From Candidatus Methylomirabilota bacterium (GTDB lineage: Bacteria; Methylomirabilota; Methylomirabilia; Rokubacteriales; CSP1-6), in NCBI GenBank assembly GCA_035649755.1, contig DASRIY010000377.1, forward strand, positions 1-61,573: 61,573 nucleotides of DNA. The letters run 5' to 3'. Positions 10,123 to 18,034 of this stretch are shown in pieces; the first letter of the stretch is position 1; the number at the start of each line of letters is the position of its first letter. The position numbers and the translations under genes were made by a program. The notes below the pieces were generated by a model. The model was not told the origin of the DNA. It did not search any database and saw nothing but the letters and a program-made list of their open reading frames with translations.

Positions 10123-10505
10123 TGGGCGGGCGGCCTCGTCACCGGCAGCGAGGCAGCGCGACGGCCGGCCGCGGCCAGGCCCGTCCCGCCGGCCACGTAC
10201 TCCTTCGCCAGGCGGATCTGATCGCGCGCGGCCACCACCAGGCCGATCTGACGCGCCTTGGCCTCGATGCGACTGGGCGACCGGAGCGTGGCCACTTCGA
10301 TCTCGAGCTGGCGGATCCGGTCCTGCGCGCGCGCGCGCTCGCTCCGGAGCGCGTCGAGCCGATACGCCAGATGAACCTGCTCGAGGCGCACGCCGACGAC
10401 GGTGAGGGCGGCGGCCGCCAGCAGCGCCGCGGTGGCCAGGGCCACCACCAGAGAGCGGCGCACACGCCGGTCGGGTTCGCGATGAAGCCGCTGGTCCTTC
10501 TTCAT
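10119..10505 (-). CDS. ftsL: Cell-division protein FtsL-like
   Basis: 128 aa: short basic N-terminus, one TM helix, then a coiled coil (LRSERARAQDRIRQLEIEVATLRSPSRIE). Sits between rsmH and ftsI; ATGA overlap with the rsmH stop. Confidence 0.7.
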   Translation of the reverse strand: MKKDQRLHREPDRRVRRSLVVALATAALLAAAALTVVGVRLEQVHLAYRLDALRSERARAQDRIRQLEIEVATLRSPSRIEAKARQIGLVVAARDQIRLAKEYVAGGTGLAAAGRRAASLPVTRPPAQ

Positions 10506-11467
10506 GAGAGGCGCTCCAGCACGCGCAGCTTCGCGCTCCTGGCGCGAGGGTTGTCTCGCACCTCGTCGTCCGCGGGCTGTCGGGGCGACGGCTCAAGCTC
10601 GGCGAATCCCGCCGGCTCAAGAGCTCGGAACGTTTGCTTCACGATGCGATCTTCGCCCGAATGAAACGCGATGACTCCCAACCGACCACCGGCCGCCAGG
10701 AGCTGGGGCGCCTGAGCCAGGGCCTGGCGGAGAGCCCCGGGCTCGTCGTTGACCGCCATCCGGATGGCCTGGAACGTCTTCGTGGCGACGTGCAGGCGCC
10801 GCGGCCAGGCCGCGCGAGGCACCGCGGCGCGCACCGCCGCGACGAGGTCGCCCGTCCGCTGGAGCGGACGCCGGCGAACGATCACCCGCGCGATCCGGCG
10901 CGCGTGGGGCTCCTCGCCGTATTCGAAGATGAGCCGCGCCAGCTCGGTCTCGGGGAGCCGGTTCAGCAGGACGGCAGCCGGCTCGCCGACCGAGGGGTCC
11001 AGGCGCATGTCGAGGGGCTCATCACCCTGGAACGAGAAGCCCCGGCCGGACTCCTCGAGCTGCCAGGACGACACGCCGAGGTCCAGGAGAATCGAGCGGG
11101 CGCTGTCGATGCCCTCGGCCGCGGCGGCCTCTCGAAGGTCGCGGAAGCTCGAGTGCCCCAGGCGCACCCGATCGCCGAACGGCGCCAAGCGGGCGCGGGC
11201 CCGCGCGAGGGCCTCGCGGTCGACGTCCAGGCCGAGCAGGCGTACCGAGGGCGCGCTGAGGCTCAGGATCGCCTCCGCATGACCGCCCATTCCCACTGTC
11301 CCATCGATCACCCATCCCTCGCCGCGCGGCCGCAGAAGAAACGCGACCTCGTCGACGAGCACCGGAACGTGAACCGTTACACTCCCAGGCTCGACAGCCC
11401 CTCGAACAGCGACGGGAGCTTCTCCTGCCCCGTCCGCTCGTACTCCTCGAACCGGGCGCGGTCCCAC
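10502..11467 (-). CDS. rsmH: 16S rRNA (cytosine1402-N4)-methyltransferase
   Basis: HVPVLVDEV...IDGTVGMGGHAEAIL...DLGVSSWQLE...SGEDRIVK motifs. 5' end uncertain: the nearest upstream in-frame canonical start before the conserved HVPVL is GTG 11467, which overlaps mraZ by 91 nt. GTG 11362 would remove the conserved His. Confidence 0.85.
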   Translation of the reverse strand: MGPRPVRGVRADGAGEAPVAVRGAVEPGSVTVHVPVLVDEVAFLLRPRGEGWVIDGTVGMGGHAEAILSLSAPSVRLLGLDVDREALARARARLAPFGDRVRLGHSSFRDLREAAAAEGIDSARSILLDLGVSSWQLEESGRGFSFQGDEPLDMRLDPSVGEPAAVLLNRLPETELARLIFEYGEEPHARRIARVIVRRRPLQRTGDLVAAVRAAVPRAAWPRRLHVATKTFQAIRMAVNDEPGALRQALAQAPQLLAAGGRLGVIAFHSGEDRIVKQTFRALEPAGFAELEPSPRQPADDEVRDNPRARSAKLRVLERLS

Positions 11468-11820
11468 ACCTCGAATCGCGCCAGCCCGCCGCCCACGAGC
11501 GTGACTTCCTTCCTGGCAAGCCCGGCCTGCTCTCGCGTATCCGGAGGGATCAGGATCCGCCCCGCGGCGTCCAGCGCGACGTCCTTCGCCCGCGAGATGT
11601 AGAGCCGGCTCAGCGCCTGCACGTCGGCGCGGAAGACCGACTGCTCGCGCACCCTCGCCTCGATGCGCTGCCACTCCTCGAGCGGGTGGACCTCGAGGCA
11701 GTGCTCGTTGGGGACGACGACCAGGGCGCCGTCGAACTGGGCGAGGGCGTCCCGGAACTTGGCCGGCACGCTCAGGCGCCCCTTCGGGTCGATCGTGTGC
11801 TGATAGCGCCCCCTAAACAT
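11377..11820 (-). CDS. mraZ: Transcriptional regulator MraZ
   Basis: MFRGRYQHTIDPKGRLSVPAKFR N-terminus; 147 aa with two SpoVT/AbrB-like repeats; first gene of the dcw cluster. Confidence 0.95.
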   Translation of the reverse strand: MFRGRYQHTIDPKGRLSVPAKFRDALAQFDGALVVVPNEHCLEVHPLEEWQRIEARVREQSVFRADVQALSRLYISRAKDVALDAAGRILIPPDTREQAGLARKEVTLVGGGLARFEVWDRARFEEYERTGQEKLPSLFEGLSSLGV

Positions 11821-11844
11821 GGGCTCGCTCGACGAGAGCCATCC

Positions 11845-11869
11845 TCCACTTCATCCCACTTTGCCCCAC
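11845..11869 (-). promoter_or_regulatory. Putative MraZ operator: three direct GTGGG/GTGGA boxes with 10-bp periodicity
   Basis: The minus strand reads GTGGG-gcaaa-GTGGG-atgaa-GTGGA (boxes at 11865-69, 11855-59, 11845-49). It lies immediately downstream of the predicted -10 and 25-50 nt upstream of the mraZ ATG. This matches the published TGGGN-N5 direct-repeat MraZ site. Confidence 0.6.
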
Positions 11870-11879
11870 TTGAGAGATG

Positions 11880-11909
11880 ACATTAGCGTTATCCGGAATA
11901 GCGTGTCAA
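11880..11909 (-). promoter_or_regulatory. Sigma70-like promoter of the dcw operon (Pmra)
   Basis: Minus strand: TTGACA (11909-11904), 18-nt spacer, TAATGT (11885-11880). Located in the only low-GC stretch upstream of mraZ. Confidence 0.45.
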
Positions 11910-11968
11910 GGGTAAAACTGACGATTTTTCAGGGAGATTAGCCCCAGGGGGCCAGCGGGCGACGGGTG

Positions 11969-11992
11969 GTGGGATCTATCCCACTTTGCCCC
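11969..11992 (-). promoter_or_regulatory. Second GTGGG-box element (palindrome plus a duplicated 15-mer)
   Basis: GTGGGAT-ct-ATCCCAC perfect inverted repeat (11969-11984). The 15-mer atcccactttgcccc (11978-11992) is an exact copy of 11853-11867 inside the proximal operator. Confidence 0.4.
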
Positions 11993-12048
11993 CCCGGATG
12001 GTGGATTCCGGGGGTAGCAGAGGGCGACGACGGGGTTGTCTAGCGGAT

Positions 12049-12076
12049 CCCGCCCGGGCGGGCGGGACTCCCCGCC
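12049..12076 (-). terminator. GC-rich palindromes downstream of the pilin-like gene (possible intrinsic terminator, no U-tract)
   Basis: cccgcccgggcggg is a perfect 14-bp palindrome (12049-12062), followed by ggcggg-actc-cccgcc. Lies between the 12158 stop and the mraZ promoter. Confidence 0.25.
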
Positions 12077-12157
12077 GCTGGCCGTCGAGCCTCGCAAGTC
12101 GGCGCCGAGCTGATACCACTCATAGGTATCAAAATGACGATCGACGAGCGCTGGCGA

Positions 12158-12682
12158 TCAGCGATTGCGCAGACGCACACGCGTCGAGAAGACCGTCACC
12201 GGCGCCCGCGGCACGTCGAAGACACTCTCGGTCACAAGCGTGATGACGACACTGCGAACCTCGTGCGGTGTCGTGACGGGCCGGTCGAGCGCGTCGAGAT
12301 ACTCGAGCGCGAAGCTTCGCACGCCGTCGATGATCGGCTGGGCGCCGCCGCCCGCGTCGCGGCGCAGCGTCTTGCCGGCGAGATGCCACGTGATGGTCTC
12401 GCCGGCGCCGGTGACGACACCGTCTCCGTCGAGATCCGAGTGCAGAACGACGCGCGTCGGCTCGGCGAGGGAGATCGCCGCGAACGTCGCGGGGTGCCGG
12501 CCGAGCCCGGCGGCTCTGATCTCGCCGGCGAGACGCTCGAGCGCGACGCGCCCACTCTGCTGCGACTCGGCGCGCGAGGCGCCGATCGTGTAGCCCTGGA
12601 GCCCTTCCTGGAGCACGGTGAGCACGGCGGCCGAGACGACACCGAAGACCGCCGCGGCGACGAGCAGATCGGCGAGATGCAT
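12158..12682 (-). CDS. Minor pilin / pseudopilin-like protein (PilW/GspJ-like) with a degenerate N-terminus
   Basis: N-terminal hydrophobic segment MHLADLLVAAAVFGVVSAAVL resembles the (G)FTLxELLVA prepilin helix but has no leader peptide. The body (RVALERLAGEIRAAG ... LHSDLDGDG ... ITWHLAGKTLRR ... GVRSFALEYLD) looks like PilW/GspJ. Confidence 0.45.
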   Translation of the reverse strand: MHLADLLVAAAVFGVVSAAVLTVLQEGLQGYTIGASRAESQQSGRVALERLAGEIRAAGLGRHPATFAAISLAEPTRVVLHSDLDGDGVVTGAGETITWHLAGKTLRRDAGGGAQPIIDGVRSFALEYLDALDRPVTTPHEVRSVVITLVTESVFDVPRAPVTVFSTRVRLRNR

Positions 12683-12757
12683 GCGAGCAGCGTCGCGGGC
12701 GATCGCACGCGCGTCAATGTCCAGCGTGCGATACGCCGCCGCGCGCGGCTCGCCCGG

Positions 12758-12994
12758 CTACGGCAGGCGCACCACCGTCCAGCCGCGAACCTCGATCTCG
12801 CTGTCTTCCGCCGGACGGCCGCGACGACCGAAGCGCCGGCGCTCCATCGCCGGCGGCGCCTCGTGCCGGCGGCGGCGCTTCACGACGCGCCGGTCGAGGA
12901 TCACCTCGACGTTGCGCTCTTGTCCCAGCAGCACGCGCAGCGAGTCGTAGAGCTCTCGACGCCCTTGCGACACGATGAACAGGAGCCGCTCCAC
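12758..12994 (-). CDS. Small Arg-rich protein, copy 1 of a 4-member family (hIVSR...VEVIxDRR...ERR...GW)
   Basis: GTG 12994 is preceded by GGGAGG with a 4-nt spacer and lies 12 nt after the amidase stop. Sequence VERLLFIVSQGRRELYDSLRVLLGQERNVEVILDRRVVKRRRRHEAPPAMERRRFGRRGRPAEDSEIEVRGWTVVRLP aligns with the ORFs at 25895, 47348 and 56942. Confidence 0.6.
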   Translation of the reverse strand: MERLLFIVSQGRRELYDSLRVLLGQERNVEVILDRRVVKRRRRHEAPPAMERRRFGRRGRPAEDSEIEVRGWTVVRLP

Positions 12995-13005
12995 GGTTCC
13001 TCCCG

Positions 13006-14418
13006 TCAGTCCAGCGTCGGACGATGTTGGGCCCACGGCCGGGCGCGCTCGAAGGCCGCGGAGGCCCTGAGCACTGTGACGTCATCGAAGCGACGGCCGA
13101 CGATCTGCAAACCGATCGGCAGTCCGTCCTTCGTGAAGCCGCACGGCACCGACGCGGCCGGCTGGCCCGTCATGTTGAACGGGTATGTGAACGGAATCCA
13201 GGCGTATGGCTCGACCAGCTTGCCGGCGATCTCCGTCGGGTTATCGAGCCCCACCGGAAACGGCGGGCACGCGATCGTCGGCGTCAGCAGCAGATCGTAC
13301 GTCTCGAAGAGTGTCTTCGGGTGCGACCACCACGCGAGCCGATCGAACCACGCCTGCACGTACTTCGTCGGCGGGTTCTTGAGCGTCTGCTCGATCAGCC
13401 GGTAGAGCCCGGGCTCGATGTCGCCGCGGCGGTCGAGGTACGGCGCCATGCGCGTCGCGATGCCGCCGCAGAAGAGCTCGCCCCACGCCTCGCGCGGCGA
13501 GGGCCAGCGGGGCGACACCTCCTCGAGGCGGCAGCCGAGCTCACGGAAGGCGCGCGACGCCTTCGCGCACGCCGCGCGCACCTCCGGGTCCACTGCGTCG
13601 GCGAACCCGAGATCGTCGGCGTACGCGACGCGCAGCCCTTTGAGGCTCCCGCGCAGCGCCTTCACGTAATCCACGGGCGGGCCGGGCAGCGAGTACTGAT
13701 CGCGCTCGTCGGGGCCGGCGCACACCGTCATCATCAGCGCGGCATCCGCCACCGTTCGGGTGAGCGGGCCAATGTGCGAGAGGCTCCACGCGCCGCTCGT
13801 CGGGTACGTCGGGATGCGCCCGTAGGACGGCTTGTGGCCGAAGATCCCGGTGCACGAGGCCGGGATGCGGATCGAGCCGCCGCCGTCGGTGCCGATGTGG
13901 AGCGGCCCCAGGCCCGCCGCCGCGGCCGCCGACGCGCCGCCGCTGGAGCCGCCCGGCGTGCGCTCGAGGTTCCAGGGATTGCGCGTGATCCCGAAGACCA
14001 GGTTGTGAGTCGCGCCGATCCAGCCGAAGGTCGGTGTGTTGGTCTTGCCGAGCATGATGGCGCCGGCCGCCTTCATGCGCTCGACCATCGGCGCGTCCTC
14101 GGTGGGAACGTTGTCGCGGTAGAACGGCGTGCCGAAGGTCGTCCGCACGCCGCGGGTGATGACGAGGTCCTTCACCGAGAACGGAACACCGTGGAGCGGC
14201 CCGAGCCGCGCGCTGCGCCGCGTGAGCGCGCGCTCGGCGGCCTTCGCCTCGCGCCGCGCTTGCTCGTTGGTCAGCGTCACGAAGGCGTTCAGCTTTGGAT
14301 TGACGTCCTCGATGCGCGCCAGCACCGCGCCGATCACGTCCACCGGCGAGACCTTCTTCTTCCGGATCAGCCCGGCCAGCTCGGTCGCGGACAGCCAGGC
14401 GAGTCGCGTGTCAGGCAT
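13006..14418 (-). CDS. Amidase (amidase-signature family, GatA-like)
   Basis: [15 protein letters not shown] signature and conserved Ser-cisSer-Lys region; 470 aa. Confidence 0.9.
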   Translation of the reverse strand: MPDTRLAWLSATELAGLIRKKKVSPVDVIGAVLARIEDVNPKLNAFVTLTNEQARREAKAAERALTRRSARLGPLHGVPFSVKDLVITRGVRTTFGTPFYRDNVPTEDAPMVERMKAAGAIMLGKTNTPTFGWIGATHNLVFGITRNPWNLERTPGGSSGGASAAAAAGLGPLHIGTDGGGSIRIPASCTGIFGHKPSYGRIPTYPTSGAWSLSHIGPLTRTVADAALMMTVCAGPDERDQYSLPGPPVDYVKALRGSLKGLRVAYADDLGFADAVDPEVRAACAKASRAFRELGCRLEEVSPRWPSPREAWGELFCGGIATRMAPYLDRRGDIEPGLYRLIEQTLKNPPTKYVQAWFDRLAWWSHPKTLFETYDLLLTPTIACPPFPVGLDNPTEIAGKLVEPYAWIPFTYPFNMTGQPAASVPCGFTKDGLPIGLQIVGRRFDDVTVLRASAAFERARPWAQHRPTLD

Positions 14419-14471
14419 CGGCCATCCTCCGGGGCCTACGGATTCTCATCGGCGGCGGCGCTCGGCGTGGC

Positions 14472-15368
14472 TCAGGTTCCCCGAAGCCGCGGATCGAGCG
14501 TGTCGCGCAGCGCGTCGCCCAGGAGGTTCGAGGCGAAGACCGCGAGGCTGATGGCGACGCCGGGGAAGAGCACGAGGTGCGGCGCCTTCTGGGCGTACTC
14601 GGCGGCCGAGACCGACAGCATGCGGCCCCACGACGGGTACGGCTCGGGCACGCCGAGCCCGAGGTACGACAGGGTCGCCTCGACCAGGATCGCACTGCCG
14701 AGCTGGGCTGTGCACAGCACGATGAACGGCCCGATCGTGTTCGGCAGGATGTGGCGGAACGCGATGCGCAGGTGGCTGATGCCGAGCGAGCGCGCCGCCT
14801 CCACGTACTGCATCTCGCGGATCGACAGGACGCTGGAGCGGATCACCCGGGCCGCCCGCGGAATGATCGGGATCGAGATGGCGATGACGACGTTGTGGAG
14901 CGCCGGGCCCAGCGCGGCCGACATGACGAGCGCCAGCACCAGGAGCGGCAGCCCCTGCAGAATGTCCAGGATCCGCTGGGTCACCAGATCGGTCTTGCCG
15001 CCGACGTAGCCGGACAGCAGACCGATGATGCCGCCGAGCACGGAGCCCAGGAGCGTCGAGGCGACGCCGACCACCAGCGACACACGCGCGCCGTGAACGA
15101 TCCGCGAGTAGATGTCGCGCCCGAGATGATCGGTGCCGAGCCAGTGCTCGACGCTCGGCGCGCCGAGCGTGTAGGCCGCGTCGGTCGCGATCGGATCGTG
15201 GGTCTGTAAGACGTCCGCGAAGACCGCCGTCAGCAGCATCACGAGCATCAGGGCGCCGCCGGCGGCGCCGAGCGGCTTCTTCCTGACGAAGCGCCAGATC
15301 GCCGTGCCGGCGCCGCCGCGCGCGCGGGGGCGCGCCGGGATGGCGATCTCGGCCGGCCTAACGGCCAT
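14472..15368 (-). CDS. ABC transporter permease (DppC/OppC-like)
   Basis: Six-TM BPD_transp_1 profile with N-terminal OppC-type extension; EAA-like loop SIREMQYVEAARSLGIS. Confidence 0.9.
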   Translation of the reverse strand: MAVRPAEIAIPARPRARGGAGTAIWRFVRKKPLGAAGGALMLVMLLTAVFADVLQTHDPIATDAAYTLGAPSVEHWLGTDHLGRDIYSRIVHGARVSLVVGVASTLLGSVLGGIIGLLSGYVGGKTDLVTQRILDILQGLPLLVLALVMSAALGPALHNVVIAISIPIIPRAARVIRSSVLSIREMQYVEAARSLGISHLRIAFRHILPNTIGPFIVLCTAQLGSAILVEATLSYLGLGVPEPYPSWGRMLSVSAAEYAQKAPHLVLFPGVAISLAVFASNLLGDALRDTLDPRLRGT

Positions 15369-16311
15369 AGCGCACCCGGGGATCGAGAACCCCGTACAGC
15401 ATGTCCACCGCCAGGTTGGACAGGATCACGACGATGGCGATGAACATGACGAGGTTCTGGACGACCGGATAGTCGCGCCAGAGGATCGCCTGGACCAGGA
15501 AGCGGGCGACGCCGGGCAGGTTGAAGACGGTCTCGGTGACGACCAGCCCCCCGATCAGGAACGCGAACTCGATGCCGATGACGGTGACCACCGGGAGCAT
15601 CGCGTTCTTGAGCGCGTGACGCCAGATGACGATGCGGCCGCGCTGGCCCTTGGCCCACGCGGTGCGGATGTAGTCCTCGCGCATCACCTCCAGGAGCGAC
15701 GAGCGCGTGATGCGCATGATCAAGGCCGACGAGCGGTAGCCGACGGCAAGCGCCGGCAGCAAGAACTGCACGGCGTGGAGCTTGAAGTTCTCGCCCACCG
15801 GCACGTACGTGAGCGGCGGGATCCACGCGAACCACGTGACCAGCCCGAGGATGATCACCATGCCGAGCCAGAACGACGGCATCGCGAGCCCGGCGAGGCT
15901 GAACACGCGCAGGAGGTAGTCGAGCGCCGTGTCCTGGCGGACCGCGCTGACCACGCCGGTCGGCACGCCGATGACCACCGCGAACAGGATCGAGAGCGCC
16001 GCCAGCTCCAGTGTCACCGGCACCAGCGGCCGGATGATCTCCCAGGCCGGCTGGTCGTACCGGTAGGACTTGCCGAGATCGCCGGTGACGATCTGATGGA
16101 GCCAGTCCAGGTACTGCACCCAGTAGGGCCGGTCGATGCCGAGCTCCTTCATGATCGCCTGCTTCTCGGACGGGCTCACGTACCCCGCAGTCGAGAACAG
16201 GATGTCGACGATGTCGCCCGGCGCCAGGCGCAGGAGCGTGAAGATCACCACCGACATGCCGAGGAGCGTGAGGAGGGCGATGACGAGGCGCTGGACGACG
16301 TAGGTCTTCAC
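15358..16311 (-). CDS. ABC transporter permease (DppB/OppB-like)
   Basis: MKTYVVQRLVIALLTLLGMSVVIF N-terminus and REDYIRTAWAKG EAA loop typical of DppB/OppB. Confidence 0.9.
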   Translation of the reverse strand: MKTYVVQRLVIALLTLLGMSVVIFTLLRLAPGDIVDILFSTAGYVSPSEKQAIMKELGIDRPYWVQYLDWLHQIVTGDLGKSYRYDQPAWEIIRPLVPVTLELAALSILFAVVIGVPTGVVSAVRQDTALDYLLRVFSLAGLAMPSFWLGMVIILGLVTWFAWIPPLTYVPVGENFKLHAVQFLLPALAVGYRSSALIMRITRSSLLEVMREDYIRTAWAKGQRGRIVIWRHALKNAMLPVVTVIGIEFAFLIGGLVVTETVFNLPGVARFLVQAILWRDYPVVQNLVMFIAIVVILSNLAVDMLYGVLDPRVRYGR

Positions 16312-16333
16312 GCGCTCGTCACCGGGCCCGAAG

Positions 16334-17956
16334 CTACTTGTCCGTCCACACTTCCTGCATCCGGCCGAAGTTGTAGATGGACTGGTGCGGAATCATGTTC
16401 TTCACGTGCGGCCACACGGTGAAGTAGTCGATCTTCCAGTCCAGGATCGGCCGCGCCGCGTCCGCCTCGAGCTTCCGCTGGATCGCGACGTTGAGGGCCA
16501 GCCGCTTCTTGGGATCGAGCTCCTGCGACTGGGCGTCGAACATCTTCATGATTTCTTCGTTGCAGTACTGGCTGTAGTTGCGCGGCGAGCCGCAGGCGTA
16601 GTTCTCGTAGTAGTTCGCATCGGGGTCGTCCGGGCCGATCCCGGTCAGGTTGGCCCCGATCTGGTAGTCGCCGCGGGTGGCCATGGCGTGCCACTGCGCG
16701 GTCTCGATCTGCTTGAGGGTGGTGTCGATGCCGATCTGCTTGAGCTCGTTGATGACGAACGAGGCCATGTCGACGTAGACCGGGATGGCGCGGGTCACGA
16801 TCTCGACCTTCAGGGGCTTCTCGACGGCGAAGCCTGCCTCGGCCATGAGCTTGCGCGCGAGGGCTTTCTCGTCGGCCGGCTTGGCGCCATAGCCCGGCAG
16901 CCCGGCCAGGTCCTTCTCGGCAACGCCCCAGAAGCCCCACGGCTTGGGCGGCAGCGCCGCGCCGACCACCGCACCGCCCTGGTGAACGGCCGCGATCAGT
17001 GCCCGCCGGTCGATCGCGTGGCTCACTGCGAGCCGCACCTTGAGGTTGTCGAAGGGCGGCTTCTTGACGTTCATGATGATGTTGTCGCTCACGTTCTGGC
17101 TGTAGGGCGTGATCACGAGCTGCGGCACCGCCTTCTTGAGCTGCTCGGCGGCCGTCTTGGTGGTCTCGCCCGGGAACGACACGTCGAGCTTGCCGGCCTG
17201 AAGGGCCGCCTGGCGCGTGCCGCGCTCGACGATGACGAAGTACTTGAGACCGTCGAGGTACGGGCGGCCTTTGACGAAGTAGTCCGGGTTCTTCACGTAC
17301 TCCACGAACTCGCCCTTGCGCCACTCCTTCACCTTGAAGGGTCCGGTGCCGACGCACGTCGTCCGGTAGTTGGCCGGCGGGACGTGGGCCGCGTAGACCG
17401 GCGTGTAGCCGGAAGCCAGCATGAGCAGCAGCGAGGGCTGCGGCTTCTTAAGCCGGAAGACCGCGGTGAAGGCGTCGGGCGTCTCCACCGCTTCGATGTT
17501 CGCGTACCAGTCCTTGCGCGGGTTGATGCGGAGCTTCGCCGGGGCGTCCGGCGCCTCGCGCAGCATGTCGAACGTGAACTTCACGTCCTTGGATGTGAAC
17601 GGCTGGCCGTCGTGCCACTTGACGTTCTTGCGCAGGAAGAAGACGAGATTCCGGTAATTGTCCTGCCACGACCACTTCTCGGCCAGCTCGCCGATGACTG
17701 TGTCAACGCTCTCGGTTTTCTTCAGCGGGTCGAACAGCACGAGGTTGTTCAGGCACGGCATGGCCGGCCACACGGTCGAGATCGTGGACGTTTCGTGGAT
17801 GGAGAAGCCCTGCGAGAGGTCTTCTCGCAGCATCATGTTGAGGACGCCACCCGATTTCGGCGCCGGAGTAGTCTGACTCGAGACCGGCGCGATCAGCGCG
17901 ACGGTGACGACAGCGGAAACGAGTGCCAGGCACAGCAAGAAGCGAGAACGCGACAT
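16334..17956 (-). CDS. ABC transporter substrate-binding protein, family 5 (peptide/nickel type)
   Basis: Signal peptide MSRSRFLLCLALVSAVVTVALIAPVSS and SBP_bac_5-like body. Start ATG 17956 has GGGAGG 5 nt upstream. Confidence 0.9.
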   Translation of the reverse strand: MSRSRFLLCLALVSAVVTVALIAPVSSQTTPAPKSGGVLNMMLREDLSQGFSIHETSTISTVWPAMPCLNNLVLFDPLKKTESVDTVIGELAEKWSWQDNYRNLVFFLRKNVKWHDGQPFTSKDVKFTFDMLREAPDAPAKLRINPRKDWYANIEAVETPDAFTAVFRLKKPQPSLLLMLASGYTPVYAAHVPPANYRTTCVGTGPFKVKEWRKGEFVEYVKNPDYFVKGRPYLDGLKYFVIVERGTRQAALQAGKLDVSFPGETTKTAAEQLKKAVPQLVITPYSQNVSDNIIMNVKKPPFDNLKVRLAVSHAIDRRALIAAVHQGGAVVGAALPPKPWGFWGVAEKDLAGLPGYGAKPADEKALARKLMAEAGFAVEKPLKVEIVTRAIPVYVDMASFVINELKQIGIDTTLKQIETAQWHAMATRGDYQIGANLTGIGPDDPDANYYENYACGSPRNYSQYCNEEIMKMFDAQSQELDPKKRLALNVAIQRKLEADAARPILDWKIDYFTVWPHVKNMIPHQSIYNFGRMQEVWTDK

Positions 17957-18034
17957 GGACACCTCCCGAACGATATGTGCGAAAGAAAGTTTACGTGAAA
18001 ACGCGAGAAGGGACAAACACGCCCGGTTCCGCCG

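Noticed and set aside
11686-12097. Short ORFs in the mraZ upstream region (11686-11880 + and 11906-12097 -).
   Set aside because: They cover the promoter and operator. The repeated peptide-like strings (HFAPL on the plus strand, AKWD on the minus) are just the duplicated GTGGG-box 15-mer. There is no SD and no family similarity.
12111-12129. Inverted repeat GATACC-actcata-GGTATC just downstream of the pilin-like gene stop, as a possible terminator.
   Set aside because: The stem is only 6 bp with a 7-nt loop and no U-tract, which is too weak to call. The GC-rich palindromes at 12049-12076 are a slightly better candidate, though still of low confidence.
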